Positions 13,655 through 26,552 of a stretch of DNA of 64,000 bases are shown one piece after another. Under the pieces are notes generated by a model. That model was given only the letters and a program-made list of their open reading frames with translations. It did no database searches and was not told the origin of the DNA. Each line of letters begins with the position of its first letter. Positions within the stretch are counted from its first letter, which is position 1. Location: positions 14,410,682 to 14,474,681 of the forward strand of contig CM119264.1 in assembly GCA_051294375.1 (NCBI GenBank), written 5' to 3'. The translations under genes and the position numbers were made by a program. Source of the DNA: Paraspadella gotoi (lineage: Eukaryota > Animalia > Chaetognatha).

Positions 13655-13925
13655 CCCGCACAAGCGCATTAAACCGCGTGCTTGTGTACTTACCACCGCA
13701 AGCAGGCCCGGGCACACGCGTTAACCCCAACGCACGTGCACTTACCACTGCTCTCACGTCAGAAATAACCACGCACACTCTTTAACCCCTGCGCACGTGC
13801 ACTTACCCCCGCGCACACGCATTAACCCCATCCCACGTGCACTTACCTCGGCTCGCACGCTCGTCTCACCGCACACGCGCATTAACCCCCGCGCACGTGC
13901 ACTTACCCCCGCTCGCACGCTCGGG
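13655..13925. repeat. GC-rich imperfect tandem array (5 units, core CACACGCATTAACCCC..GCACGTGCACTTACC)
   Basis: Direct inspection. Confidence 0.8.
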
Positions 13926-14257
13926 CTCCCCGCGTCGTCATGCGTTCGCTTCAATCTTCCCACTTCCTCGCGTTTGAAAAGAATGAAAAGATGGACTGAT
14001 TTTCCGCTCGAATCGGTTTCGCCGCGGGGATAGAGATCGACGAAAAGGGGGGGGAGGTAAGGGCGGAGAAAGTAAGGGATAGGAATGAGGGAAAAGGGGG
14101 CGGTTGATAGTGGAGACTGGGGACTGGAGACAGGCTACTGGAGAAGGTAGGGGATTGGAATCTTTAAAATGGGGAGATGGTTACTGAGAAAGTAGATTTA
14201 AAGACTCCAAATTTTAGTTAGCAAGTTCTTTGATTATTAATCATCTTCACTGAACGA

Positions 14258-14346
<89 letters not shown>
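14258..14346. repeat. (ATT)n microsatellite
   Basis: Direct inspection. Confidence 0.95.
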
Positions 14347-14349
<3 letters not shown>

Positions 14350-14544
14350 TTATTTTGTCTATCAACCTTTAATTGACGAAAGGTCAAAAGAGACGAAAAA
14401 ACATGAAAGTCAACCTCATTTGAAGAAGAAAGCGAAACAAAGAATCGGGCAGTTTAAGAATAATGGAGGCAATTCTAAGTCGAACGGCGGTAAACGTCAT
14501 TCTTCCTTGAAAAAAGAAACGTTTAAAACGGGTCGCGAAACCTT

Positions 14545-14616
<72 letters not shown>

Positions 14617-17105
14617 TCTCATCGTCGACCCACACATCACCACTCCGCCCCCAGTCCCCATCCCCTAGAAAAAAAAACAAAAAAAAAACAATCCTACGTC
14701 GGGTCTCGAAAACTCGAGACGAAAAAACCCAATTTTCGTTGACGTCGTTACACCGATAGTAGAGTTGATTAACTTCGTTTGTTTTCTTTTCTCTTTTTCC
14801 TTCTTTTTTTTTCCCTGTCGTTTCTTTTTTCTTCTTTCCATCTTCAAGTCTCGCTTCTCCTCGCATCATTGGGCTCTTCCTTCTTTCACGACCGCAAAGA
14901 ATTCGTATTCATTGACATTGTATCGTATGTACCAGTTTTTTTTTTCGCTTTCGCTTTTTTACCTTTCCTTCCTTTTGGCCTAGTGTAAAGGTTAGGAACC
15001 ATAATGATAATATCTACTTATGATTTTCATTGGTATACTTATTACTTTTCCAATTTGCAATGTTCGCAATGATCCTTAATTGTTCGAATTTAATTTTTAG
15101 TCTTGCTCAATACTCATTTATTGTTTAAATGTCATATTGTTTCAATCGTTTACAATCGTTTTAATCGTCCTAACTGTCAAATTGTCTCTTTTATTTCAGA
15201 AAAAAAAAAATTCCCTTCCTTTTTAGTTTGATTAGTTGTTTTTTTTAATATTTATTTTTTATTCCATTACTTTTTTCTTTCTCATGAATTCATTTTCTTC
15301 CGCTTTCATTCATCTTTATTTTAGTATATTTTTTTTCTTTCACTAAATATTTTGTTACTTTTTTAATCAGTGAAATGTTTCTTTTTATCTACGTACGTAA
15401 TTTTTTACATTGCTTTCACTATGTTTCGTTTTCGTCTCCCATTTTCTTTTCTTTTTTTTTTTTTTTTGCGTTCATTCCTTATTTTTTGGGCTCGGTTACT
15501 TTTCCCTTTTCGTTATTTGCGTCCTGTTTCTTTTTTCATCGCTGGCGGCCACTCATTAACTATTTGCTCCCAGGTGCCTCTCTCTTTTTCCCTCTTTTTC
15601 CCACAATTTTTCTTACCCTGGTTGTCATCAGATCTTCTCTTTGTGGCTTTCTCTTTGACTACGTGCATAGGATTCTTCACCTCTTCCCGCCAAATGGACA
15701 AATTAGCCGTGGGTTTCGCAGAATCCGCGCGTTGCAACGTAGATTTATCTGTATCTCAATCATTTAGAAAAAGTATTATGGCGACGAATGATCGTAATCA
15801 ATTATTTTATTTCTCCCTCGGCCTTGTCTTCGTTTCTTTCAAACTCAAGCGCAACTTTTTCTACGGAACTCTCTATGGACTATGGCCATATGGCCTATGC
15901 TCTCTCAGTCTCCTCCTATCTTCCCTTCTTCCTCTCTCCCTTCCTCCTCCTCCTCCTCCTCTCCTCCTTCTCCCTTCTCCCGGAACTCTCGTTATATTTC
16001 GTCGCCAAACCCTTTGATCTAAACCGTTCTCTCTGTCTCTCGAAATTTACATGAAAAGCAATGTGAGGAAGAATGGGAGGGAAAAAAGCATTGACGGATG
16101 CAAAGAGCGAGAAGGAGAAGAGATGCGAGGTGAAAATTGTTGAGCACAACTTGTCACAGTGAGAGAGAGAATGGTGGATAAAAAGAAAAGATAAACACTG
16201 CTTATTAGCAGGTGTATGTTACATACGTGAAGTATGAACATTTATATTAGACCTGCTATCATTGGCATTATGTCATAGGTATTTTTTGGGAAGAAGCAAT
16301 CGCAGTGAGTCATTGACCATTTGTTTTTCGTTACCTAAGACTTCCGCGCTCTATATAGCGTTTGTTTAAACCACCGAGATGATGTTCCTTTTTTCTTCTC
16401 AAAATAATCGAAATCGTGTTACATTTTCTTTGATCAATTTTTATAGCCATAGGCATAGCTTGTCCTTTCAATCAAATGCATGTACGAAAGAAGAATTTAT
16501 ACATTTTTAATATTACAGAAAGTGTATTAATCCTTTCTTTTCGTTGTGTAGGGTGATTAATAATAATCGTTGTTGAATCTCAAATCCGTTATTACAGAAT
16601 AATATATTGTGTCATATATTAAAAAAATTAGAATCGAAGTATTTTTAAAATAAAAAAAGTGTTTGGACTTAGAGATTTTCAATTTTTAGAAAAAGATATC
16701 CGTACCCAAAACGCTCGTCTCTATTATATATTATATATATATATATTAAATGTTTAATAAAGTTACTAATCTTCATTTATTTTTTTATATTTGGATTGAC
16801 TTAATATTAAGCACTGCTCAAACAATTTCTCAACTGAATCCCTACAAACATTCTGAAACGAACTTTTTACTGAGAGCTTAAAATTTGAATCGTCAAATAA
16901 GCAAATAATCAAAAGATCGAGGATTAATATTAGTAAAAGAAACTTTTAATGAGTTATCACAAAAATATCACAGTACGATAGTTAAGTTTCAAAGATAATA
17001 AAATTAAGTCAAATCTCCTTACATGGATAGATTATAAACATTAAAAAATGGACCAGGAATATTATAAATGATTTTGTATTTAATTTAGTCCTAACCTATC
17101 ACAGT

Positions 17106-20100
17106 TCACACAAGTACTTTTGAGAAAAGTTCATAAATTTTGTTTGCAAGAATCGTGATCGCAAGGCCCACGTGAACTACGAAGTAAGACGCTTGGGATC
17201 GACACATTTCCGCCTTCGCTGCCTGGGAAGAATGAAGATTGAACAAAATTGTTGTGTATAGACTTTCGATTTCGTTGTGTTTTGACAATGTTGTTAGACA
17301 TCGTTAGACAATGTTGTTGAAATGTGACCACAATAGTATTATATAGTATTATATATAGTATTATATAGTACAATACGATTCTGTACCTGAGATGGCGACA
17401 TCATCGTCCTCGACTGAATCGCCGCGTCCACGAGCAATAGGACGAATAGAGCGAATTTGAGGAGGGCGACGACGCCGAAGACGACGCAAGGGACGACGGG
17501 ACGCCAGTCGGGCGCATCGACGACGAAGCAGCACACCCGCGGAGGGTCGATGTGAGAGGAAGAGGAGGAGGGAGAGGAAGGAGGGTAAGAGGAGACGGCT
17601 CTCATTGGTTTCTGTAATAAGAGTTATCAATATTGAGAAAATATAATATTGCTGCTGTCGTTTTGTAAACGAATGAATTAACCTTGAAGGCCAGATAACC
17701 GGTGGCTACGTTCTTGAATGTCGGGTGCGAGGGAGTTATTGGTGTTATTGAACTGTGTTTTGGGGCCGTGCTATGAGAGTCTTCGATCAGCGCTTTGGCC
17801 ACTCCCGCCCACTTTTCGGACGCAGTCGCCGAATTCGTGGATTCGTTAGGACCAGAAGCGGCAACGTCAGCCGCGGGAGAGGCGATAGCCTCATCGGCAG
17901 CGGCCGCCGCTGCAGCCGCGACGACTCGATCGACGACGGGCTTTGCTATTCCTGTGGTAACACGAGTCAGAGGGCGCTTCTGCAAGAATTTCGATTAGGC
18001 GAGACCGCGCCGCCAACGATCTCTGTTGGAATTCTGCGCGAATTTTCCTGGAGAGAGAAGTTAACCTGACATTTAGAGAACAATATACTAAGGTCATGAT
18101 CAAAGATCAGGCTTACCTCGACTTGGTCTCTCTCTTCCTCGCTAGTTTTGTTTTCGTTCCCCTGAGAGGAACGGCTTTCGTCTTCTCTTTTCTCTTTCTC
18201 TCCCACTTCTCTCTCATTATCTTCGAACTCTTTTTCTTCTTTGTCTTTAAATTCTTCTTCTATGTTTTCCTTCTTTTCTTCTGCGCTAACATTTTCATTC
18301 ACATCTCTTTTCTGTTTCTGATTCCTCTCCTCCTTCAAAGTCTTTGTATTTTCCTCTGTGATTTCTTCCTCGTCCAATTTTTGCCCGAACGTCATATCAC
18401 CCTCTCCATATTCCTCTTCTTTCTCCGCCTTTCCTTCCGCCATTTTGTGTTTCTCTTCTAAATTTTCTATATCCTCTCTTACTTTTCTTTCGTCGTTGGT
18501 CTTATCTTTTTTAAGATTATTCCCATCTTTTACTTCGACATCGTCATCCTCTGTTTCCAGCTGTATTTTTTTCACCCCCTTTTTTGGGTCATTTTCAAAA
18601 TTTTTTTCTTCAGTTTGAATGTCGTCATTTGCAACGTTTTTATCTTTTTCCTCATTTTTTTGTTCTTCAGCTCCGATTTCTCCTTTTCTTGTTTCATATT
18701 CTTTTCCAACTTCACTGTCTTCAATTAAAGCTTCTCTGTCCACACCATCCTCAGATTGGTGTTCTTTTTCGTTTTTTACGAATTCATCACTCACTCCTCT
18801 GTTTTCATCACATTTTTCATTTTCTTTTGAGCCCTTTACTTCATGTTTGTCACATACTTCATTAGTATCCTTGCAATTTTTTGTATATTTTTCTTCGATC
18901 TCATTGCCATTTATATCCTCTTTAGTTTCCTCTACTTCATTTTCATTTATTTCAAATTCTTTCTGAACATCTTTACATTTTTCTTGTTCATCAGTTTCAT
19001 TTTTTATATCAGTTTTTGGTTTTTCAACATTTTTATTTTCAACATTGTCTTCTTTCGTGTTATCATCGTAATTTTCTTCTGCCCCGAGATTATTCCCCTT
19101 TTCTCTCTTCCCAGTCGTTCCTCTTTGGTCTTCAATCAATTCTGCAAAGAGATTATTTGTAAATCTATATTATTAGTTGCGCCGCGAGTACTCGCGGAGC
19201 AACTCTATAAGTCACTTTTCGGTCGGACTGTCGGTCGGTCCAGCGGTATGTCTGTCCGTCGGTGTATAATTATTTGTCCAGATAGGAAAAACCTTAAATC
19301 TAAGGGACTGCTAGCTTCAGGAATTCCTAAAACTATAAGGAATAAAAGACGATATTCGGGTGCATTGTATGTCATAAATACACGAGCAAAGAAAAAGTAT
19401 TTTAGTCATGTCATGTTATGTCATATCATATGATCAAAANNNNNNNNNNNNNNNNNNNNNNNNNCGTATGATATGATATGACTAAAATACTTTTTCTTTG
19501 GTCGTGTATTTATGACATACAATGCACCCGAATATCGTCTTTTATTCCTTATAGTTTTAGGAATTCCTGAAGCTAGCAGTCCCTTGATTTAAAGTTTTTC
19601 CTATCTGAACAAATAATTATATACCGACGGACAGACATACCGCTGGACCGACCGACAGTCCGACCGAAAAGTGACTTATAGAGTTGCTCCGCGAGTACTC
19701 GCGGCGCAACTAATAATATAGATTTTATGCAACAGCCGGGTTGCCTGTGATGCCCATCAGGATGGCATCTCACTGTGGCTTTGGGGGCTCCGACCCTCAG
19801 TGACGCCTCCAGTCACTGGCGCGGTTACCCTAGACGGTCTCGCTTTGCCAACGCAGAGGGAAGTCATAGACTGTGGATGGAACCTACGCCTGGATGTGTG
19901 TTCCCCCCTGAGCCAATGATTTTGCTGAGGATGGTGACGTGAGGCGGTGAATTACCGCCACAATTTACAATACTCTTTGCAGAATTGATTGAAGACCAAA
20001 AGGAACGACTGGAAGAGAGAAAAGATAATCTCTGGGGCAGAAGAAAATTACGATGATAACACGAAAGAAGACAATGTTGAAAATAAAAATGTTGAAAACC

Positions 20101-22330
20101 AAAAACTGATATAAAAATGAAACTGATGAACAAGAAAAATGTAAAGATGTTCAGAAAGAATTTGAAATAAATGAAATGAAGTAGAGGAAACTAAAGAGGA
20201 TATAAATGGCAATGAGATCGAAGAAAATATACAAAAAATTGCAAGGATACTAATGAAGTATGTGACAAACATGAAGTAAAGGGCTCAAAGAAAATGAAAA
20301 ATGTGATGAAAACAGAGGAGTGAGTGAAGAATCGTAAAAAACGAAAAAGAACACCAATCTGAGGATGGTGTGGACAGAGAAGCTTTAATTGAAGACAGTG
20401 AAGTTGGAAAAGAATATGAAACAAGAAAAGGAGAAATCGGAGCTGAAGAACAAAAAAATGAGGAAAAAGATAAAAACGTTGCAAATGACGACATTCAAAC
20501 TGAAGAAAAAATTTGAAATGACCCAAAAAAGGGGGTGAAAAAAATACAGCTGGAAACAGAGGATGACGATGTCGAAGTAAAAGATGGGAATAATCTTAAA
20601 AAAGATAAGACCAACGACGAAGAAAGTAAGAGAGGATATAGAAAATTTAGAAGAGAAACACAAATGGCGGAAGGAAAGGCGGAGAAAGAAGAGGAATATG
20701 GAGAGGGTGATATGACGTTCGGGCAAAAATTGGACGAGGAAGAAATCACAGAGGAAATACAAAGACTTTGAAGGAGGAGAGGATCAGAAACAGAAAAAGA
20801 GATGTGAATGAAAATGTTAGCGCAGAAGAAAAGAAGGAAACATAGAAGAAGAATTTAAAGACAAAGAAGAAAAAGAGGTCGAAGATAATGAGAGAGAAGT
20901 GAAGAGAAAGAGAAAAGAGAAGACGAACGCCGTTCCTCTCAGGGAACGAAAACAAAACTAGCGAGGAAGAGAGAGACCAAGTCGAGGTTATCAAAAGAAA
21001 ATACACGTAAAAATAAAGTCACTGCGGCGCAACACACTGGTATTACCGTTCTTGACGTTACTCACCGTCCGATTTGAAAACCTCCGTTGCCTCCACGATG
21101 GCGCGCGTCACCAAAGTGTGAGCGTCGATGGGCGTTACCACGTCAGCATTTGCGTTCAAATTTCTCGTCTCAGCCTCTGACTCGCCAACGGAGGGCGGGG
21201 AACCGGACGAATCTTGATGACAGGGGTCGCTAAATGAAAAAAATTGATAATGTAATCCCAAGTGAGGAAATATAACCGAGGGTGATGACTGATGAGTCAC
21301 CGATAAAACTTACGTTCCATTGATCTCCTTTCTGATTTCGAGCGATTCTAACGTCGCAAATCTTGAATTGTCTCCCGATTTATTCGAGTTTCGCTCCTTC
21401 AACTGCGTTGGAGATGATTTGTTCTTTACAGACGACTGTTTAAAGTCATTAACTTCTAGGGTCGATGTTTCTTCTATATTTTCGGTCCTTCCACTTCTTT
21501 TAATTGATAGATTTTTATTCACTTTGGCGACAGAACGGTTTTCAACGGTTATCTCTTGTGGGAAAACATCGTCCATTACGACCAAATTTGATGTGGAATC
21601 TTTGTTCGTTGTCTGCGGTTTTCCAAGCTTGGATGTGGAGTCTATCCCAGTGTTCCCAGAAGTGAAGCTACTTTCGGGTTTTTGCGACGAGTTGTCATTC
21701 GCCGTCAGTTGGGAGGAACTCCCTTCTTCGTTTATTGGCGAATGATTCGTTTCCAAATGTAACGATGAGTCTCTCTCAGTCATTTGTGACGGAAGGTCAG
21801 TTTCTGGCGTTTGACTTTGCAATGAGGACAAAGAATTATTTGAGAGAAGTTGGTTTTGAGAATCGGATCGCCAATCTGTAATCAATACATCAATTTTTGA
21901 TTCATTAAATCAGACGATCAAACTATAAATTAATTCGTCAATTATTAATCTACGTATTTACTAATTGTAAATGTATAACGTGCTGGACCGCTGGTACATT
22001 AACATCCTTCATTCAGCCAATCCCATTGTGTCAGAGGGGGAACGCATCTTCGGAAACATGCATTCCATCCAGTATCCACACTCCACACATTCCACAGTCC
22101 TAACGACTTCCCTCTGCATTAGCAATTTAGCACAAGCGTGACCGACCATGGGTAACCGCGCCAATGACAATGAGGGTTGGAAGACCCTAACGCCAAAAGG
22201 AAAAATGCTCTGCTGGGCATCCCGACAGGAAACCCGGCTTTTGAAATTGCTTAGAAATTGTGTTTCAGCAAATCCCTGTTAGGTTGCTAAATGAATTAGG
22301 CTTACCACCGCTTCCGCACATAGAGACCAT
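17106..22330 (-). CDS. Uncharacterised large Ser/Thr-rich and Glu/Lys-rich protein with two C-terminal hydrophobic segments; exons ?-22306, 21875-21314, 21229-21066, 19141-18117, 18047-17683, 17611-17387, 17222-17106; start uncertain
   Basis: All six GT-AG junctions are phase-compatible; one frameshift is needed near 17995 (a probable missing base in an A run); C-terminus VVPCVVFGVVALLKFALFVLLLV and YFVVHVGLAITILA. Confidence 0.65.
19173..19430 (+). mobile_element. Helentron/DINE-1-like non-autonomous repeat (inverted twin at 19470-19712)
   Basis: Terminal palindrome AGTTGCGCCGCGAGTACTCGCGGAGCAACT followed by GTCG/GTCC/GTCT microsatellite-like tract; related architecture at 23185-23275 and 63572-63742; end fragments at 1350 and 63972. 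Confidence 0.55.
19470..20987 (+). repeat. Inverted, indel-rich duplicate of 18117-19430 (exon plus intron repeat) across an N-gap
   Basis: Reverse-complement identity to 18117-19430 with many 1-3 bp deletions that break the 390-aa ORF into fragments. Confidence 0.9.
19728..19962. mobile_element. 235-bp TG...CA insertion (solo-LTR/TRIM-like) with probable ATTTA target duplication
   Basis: Absent from the twin copy near 19155-19165; begins TGCAAC and ends GCCACA; diverged relative in opposite orientation at about 21972-22245. Confidence 0.55.
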
Positions 22331-23577
22331 CTTATCCAGAGTTTTTATTCTCTTTTTAGGCCCGCCTTTGCTCCCTCGTTTTCTCTCATCAGAAAATTTG
22401 TCGAATTGATTCCAGGCAACTGAAGTGGCGATGCAACTGGCGACAAAAACCGCCGCCGGGATCAGACCTGGCGTAGGAAGTTGAGATGATAAAGGAGAAG
22501 ACCGAGATGATGTGTGAGATCTTTTATTATAAAATATTACGGTTTCGCGAGAGCCGAGACCACTCAAGATAATATTTTATTTTTTGGGGGTTGGTTTTTT
22601 TAATAGACACTGAACTTTAAACACCCAGTAGCTCACCAAATAAAATACCGTTTCCAAAGATCCAAACAAGGCCATAATTTAAAAGTCCTGGTTGTATTTT
22701 TCCGGAGTAGTTGTACGCTGAAATTTAAAGTAAAGATTCTTCCAATTTTTTTTTAGATGATAATTATTATTTTGTTGTACTCAATTTTTTTTTTGTAAAT
22801 CGGAATCCCATTCAAAATTAATCGATTTAAAAACATTATTACTAAAGTGTGTCCCAAAGGTAATGTCCGTTAATAAAAGCTTACTGCTCCTATTTCAGAT
22901 CGAAAAACTTGAATTCATTATCATGAATAAGCGCACAAGTATGGAACCTTTTATAGAATACCTAAATTTAAAAAAAATTAACAAAGCAAACTCCTGTAGT
23001 TATTACATAAAGTAATTGGTAAAATTTTTTTATTTAGATTTTGTAAAATTTATAAATGACGATAATTCTTTCAATTGGTGATCCTAACTGATCATAACAG
23101 ATCGTACCATACCAAACCAATGGTTGTGCCAATACATATAAATCGCGGATAAAACTGAACAGTTTCTATGGTACAAACAAATAATTTTTAGTCGGACAGA
23201 CAAAATTGTGGGGGCGGACCGACGGACCGACAAAGTGAGTCGGAATTTGCTGATTAGCAGATCCGACTAAAAACTTGTGATAAAAATATGATAGGATATC
23301 GTCTTAGCCTTCAGACCTTTGAGACTTCGGGAATTATCAGGATCGCCCTCCTTTATTTCTGCCCTTGAAATTTCGAACTCAGTCTTGTACCAACCCCTCG
23401 GAATTTAAGTCTTAAAAGTACTAAAAAAAAGGGTAGGATTCGAATTTCAAACTTCTCTTTGCGACGAAACAGAAGATCGAAAGGAAAAGCATTCTTTGTA
23501 AGTATTTGATATTTTTCTTAAGTGTTGTGTCAAAATATCCATAAGTATATTCTATGAAATCAAATTAGGCTAACGCA

Positions 23578-26387
23578 ATGGGGCTTCTGCTAAGATTGGC
23601 CTCTCTACTTCTTGTCGGTCTGATTGCGTCCACAGCAATGGGGCTTAGATGCTGGGGACCAGCGCCCAACATTTTGGAATTAAAGTCATGCTCGGTGAAT
23701 AACAATGAAATGTATTTTTAATCATTGGCGTTGGATGCATACCCTGAAATTGAATAAATCGTTGTAGATCATAGGCGTACGATGGATTCCCTTAGAGTGT
23801 AGGTGACCCCGTTAAGCCTATATATTAGGGATTGGCTGAGTCGAAAGGCTATTTCTCAGGTCAAAAGGCCACGTAACCGATGCACGATGGCGAGATAAAC
23901 TTGGTCTACTTTTACTCAGTTACACTGCGGCGCCAAAAAAAGTAGCCACTTGTTTCACACCGAAAAAAAAATATATTGGATGACGTGGCTGAATTTCACA
24001 AAGATATATAAACATAAAACAAAGCTTATTGAAAGCTGAAGCGTTTGGTCCTAGTCCTATTAAAATCGAGCAAAGCGTTCGAAAGTTATAGGACCTCAAA
24101 ATTGATTGGTACAAAAAATCCAATAGGCAAAAATCCGCTCGTAATCATTGTTGTTGTATAGTCTTACTTAGGATTTAACATTTTCAATACTCCCTAGCTA
24201 GTAAGGCGGGCCAAAATTGAACACTTTTTATAACTTCTAGTTCTAACTTTTTAAATTAGTTTATTGGGTTGTTAGACTGAAGCTTGTAAATATTTATTAA
24301 TATATAACAAATGTCAAAATTTTTTTTTAATTTGATTTTTTAAGAACTATTTTTATAGAGCTTGAAAAGTTAAATGAAGTTAGTACTACAATTTTTTTAA
24401 AAAATTTTTACAATAAATTGGTTAAAAATAGAAAAAACCTTAAAAAATCATCATCATCATCATCATCATCATAAACTAAAAAAATTAAAAACCTTTATCT
24501 AACTTGTAAAGCTCTACCAAAATCTATTAAAAAATTTAAAAATTTTTAAAAAATTTAAACTTTATATAGTAATAAAATAATCTTTAAATGCTTCCGTGCG
24601 CTAATCAATAAAATAAATTTTAAAAATTATTTTTATTTTCATATTCTTTAACAGTTTTTGAGATAACTTCTAGTTTTCAAACCTGTTCCGGCCTACTACT
24701 AGCTAGTCTCTGAGGGTCTGAACAAAGCGATCGAAATTAAACATATTTTTCAGTCTTTAGGTGGTCCCAAAGTTGACACTTCAATCTGTATATCAATTAA
24801 ATGCCCGGAAAGATGGAGTTGAGGTACATGTCAATTAGTTATAACTTTAAATTTGCATTTTATTACATCTTGTTTAAGAACAACTTTTTAAGAAAGTTAC
24901 GTCCTCACACAATAAAAGTTGTTAATTTTTAAAAACAACTTTTTTCAAAGCGTACCAAGAAATTGTTTGGGCTCTCTTTAAACAGTATTCTTGCGGTCGC
25001 ACCAAGACGGTCAGTGGAATTTCACTGACTGGATGCGCACAGATTGTGGAATTTCAGGTTGCACCAATCTTGACTTCATAGGCGAAGGTAAGTCTTAGTT
25101 TAGACAAAACCATAAATTTTAAACTTTATATTGCGTTTTTGTAAATTTATATCTTTATTTACCTTTCCTGTTTCCTTTTCTTCAAATTTCAACTACATAC
25201 AGGAAGGTCCAGTTCTTTTGAGACTAACTGTAAAAAATCGTTTGGACGGGTAAATAAAAAGATAATCTTCTGAAAATTAGTACACTTGTAAAAAATTGTA
25301 ATGTCAATACAATCAATTAAAAAGATTTCCCTTCAGCAACCATAACCTTCTCCAAAGGTTCAGAGAAGGCGGCATATGCTTTTTCGACCGCGCCAGTTAA
25401 GAAAGCTATCATTTCTGTCACTATTCTTACTACTGTCAGAACGTCGACAGTTCTACAGGGATGCTTGGAACATTCTGCTTCCTAATCTTACATTTTCATT
25501 AATCAGGGGGATTGCAGTCAGAAAAACGGGGCGGCCAAAAGCTAGCAGTCACCATCCTTCATCTTGATTTTCAGCAAAATATATTAAAAATTTGTAAGGA
25601 AACGGCGCGAAGAATTTTGACATGTCACCCAAAAATATAGTATTAAATGTTGGATTTTTCAGATGTTTTTTTATATCTATTGAAAAAAAATTTAGCTTAG
25701 TTTCCAAATATAATCATTCGTTTCCTCTGTGGCGACGAACTCAACGACGCATATATGCCGCTGTTTGTACAGCCCCGCCCATTCAGAGACAACTACCGCC
25801 ACCAGAGACGAGGTTCCACTATCCCTCAGCGCCACGTTCGCGGAAACGTCAGTGCCAAGAAGAAAGTCCTTTGGACTTTTCGCGGGGGGCGGGGATGTGG
25901 CGACGAAGGTTTCGTCGGGGTTGACCCCAACTGGTCACTTTGTCGTGTGGTCGCGAGAGAAGCCGGTTAATAACCTCTCTCTTTCTCTCTCTCTTTTTCT
26001 CTCTCTTTTTCTCTATCTTTCTCTCTCTCTTTCTCTCTTCCTTAACCAGGGCCGCGCTCTCTTAGTTAGTATCATCTCAAACTCAATATCTTGTACATTG
26101 AACGTCTCTCTGTTTCCTTCTGTTAATAACCTGCCAATAAACATGTATTATGTTCCCCTACACCTCTATCATAAACCATTTTTTTGCTGTAAGAGCTGGA
26201 CCTCCCTGTACTATATTATTTTAAAAAAGTTTTAAGACAATCTAATGGTATATACTCTTGAATTTGATCAGAAACCGAATTTTGCTACTGCAATGACAAG
26301 GATTACTGCAACGGCGCTACGACTCCAGTGCCTTCTTTTTTCGGAATTATCGTCACCGTTTTTGTTTTCTATTTCGCCTTGGGATGA
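23578..26387 (+). CDS. Putative GPI-anchored Ly6/uPAR (three-finger, quiver-like) protein, multi-exon; internal exons uncertain
   Basis: Signal peptide MGLLLRLASLLLVGLIASTAMG then LRCW; exon ending 25965 contains RGC; last exon 26272-26387 reads TEFCYCNDKDYCNGA plus a hydrophobic tail, in phase with the previous exon. Confidence 0.6.
23923..24125. mobile_element. Partial copy of the Tc1-type MITE family seen at 57337-58196
   Basis: TA-CACTGCGGCGCCAAAAAAAGTAGCCAC terminus plus internal similarity to the reverse complement of 58030-58090. Confidence 0.65.
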
Positions 26388-26552
26388 TAAGATTAAAAGT
26401 ATCGACACAAATTTTAAAGCCTGATTTTAATAATTATTTCATTTTGTACCGATTTGTGAAAGGAAAACAATTACCTCACTCTCAATAAAATTTACCAGTT
26501 TTTCTATGTAGATTTTAAAAAACTTACTTCTGGAAAGTAACTCTTTAAAGCA

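Noticed and set aside
12846-16241. Assorted short ORFs
   Set aside because: Low complexity, or no recognisable motif or splice support
18096-19433. Plus-strand Phe/Ser-rich ORFs
   Set aside because: Antisense shadows of the E/K-rich exon
22220-22245. ACAGGAAACCCGGCTT resembling the bacterial RNase P 3' motif
   Set aside because: No matching 5' conserved region; it lies within a repeat whose other copy differs here
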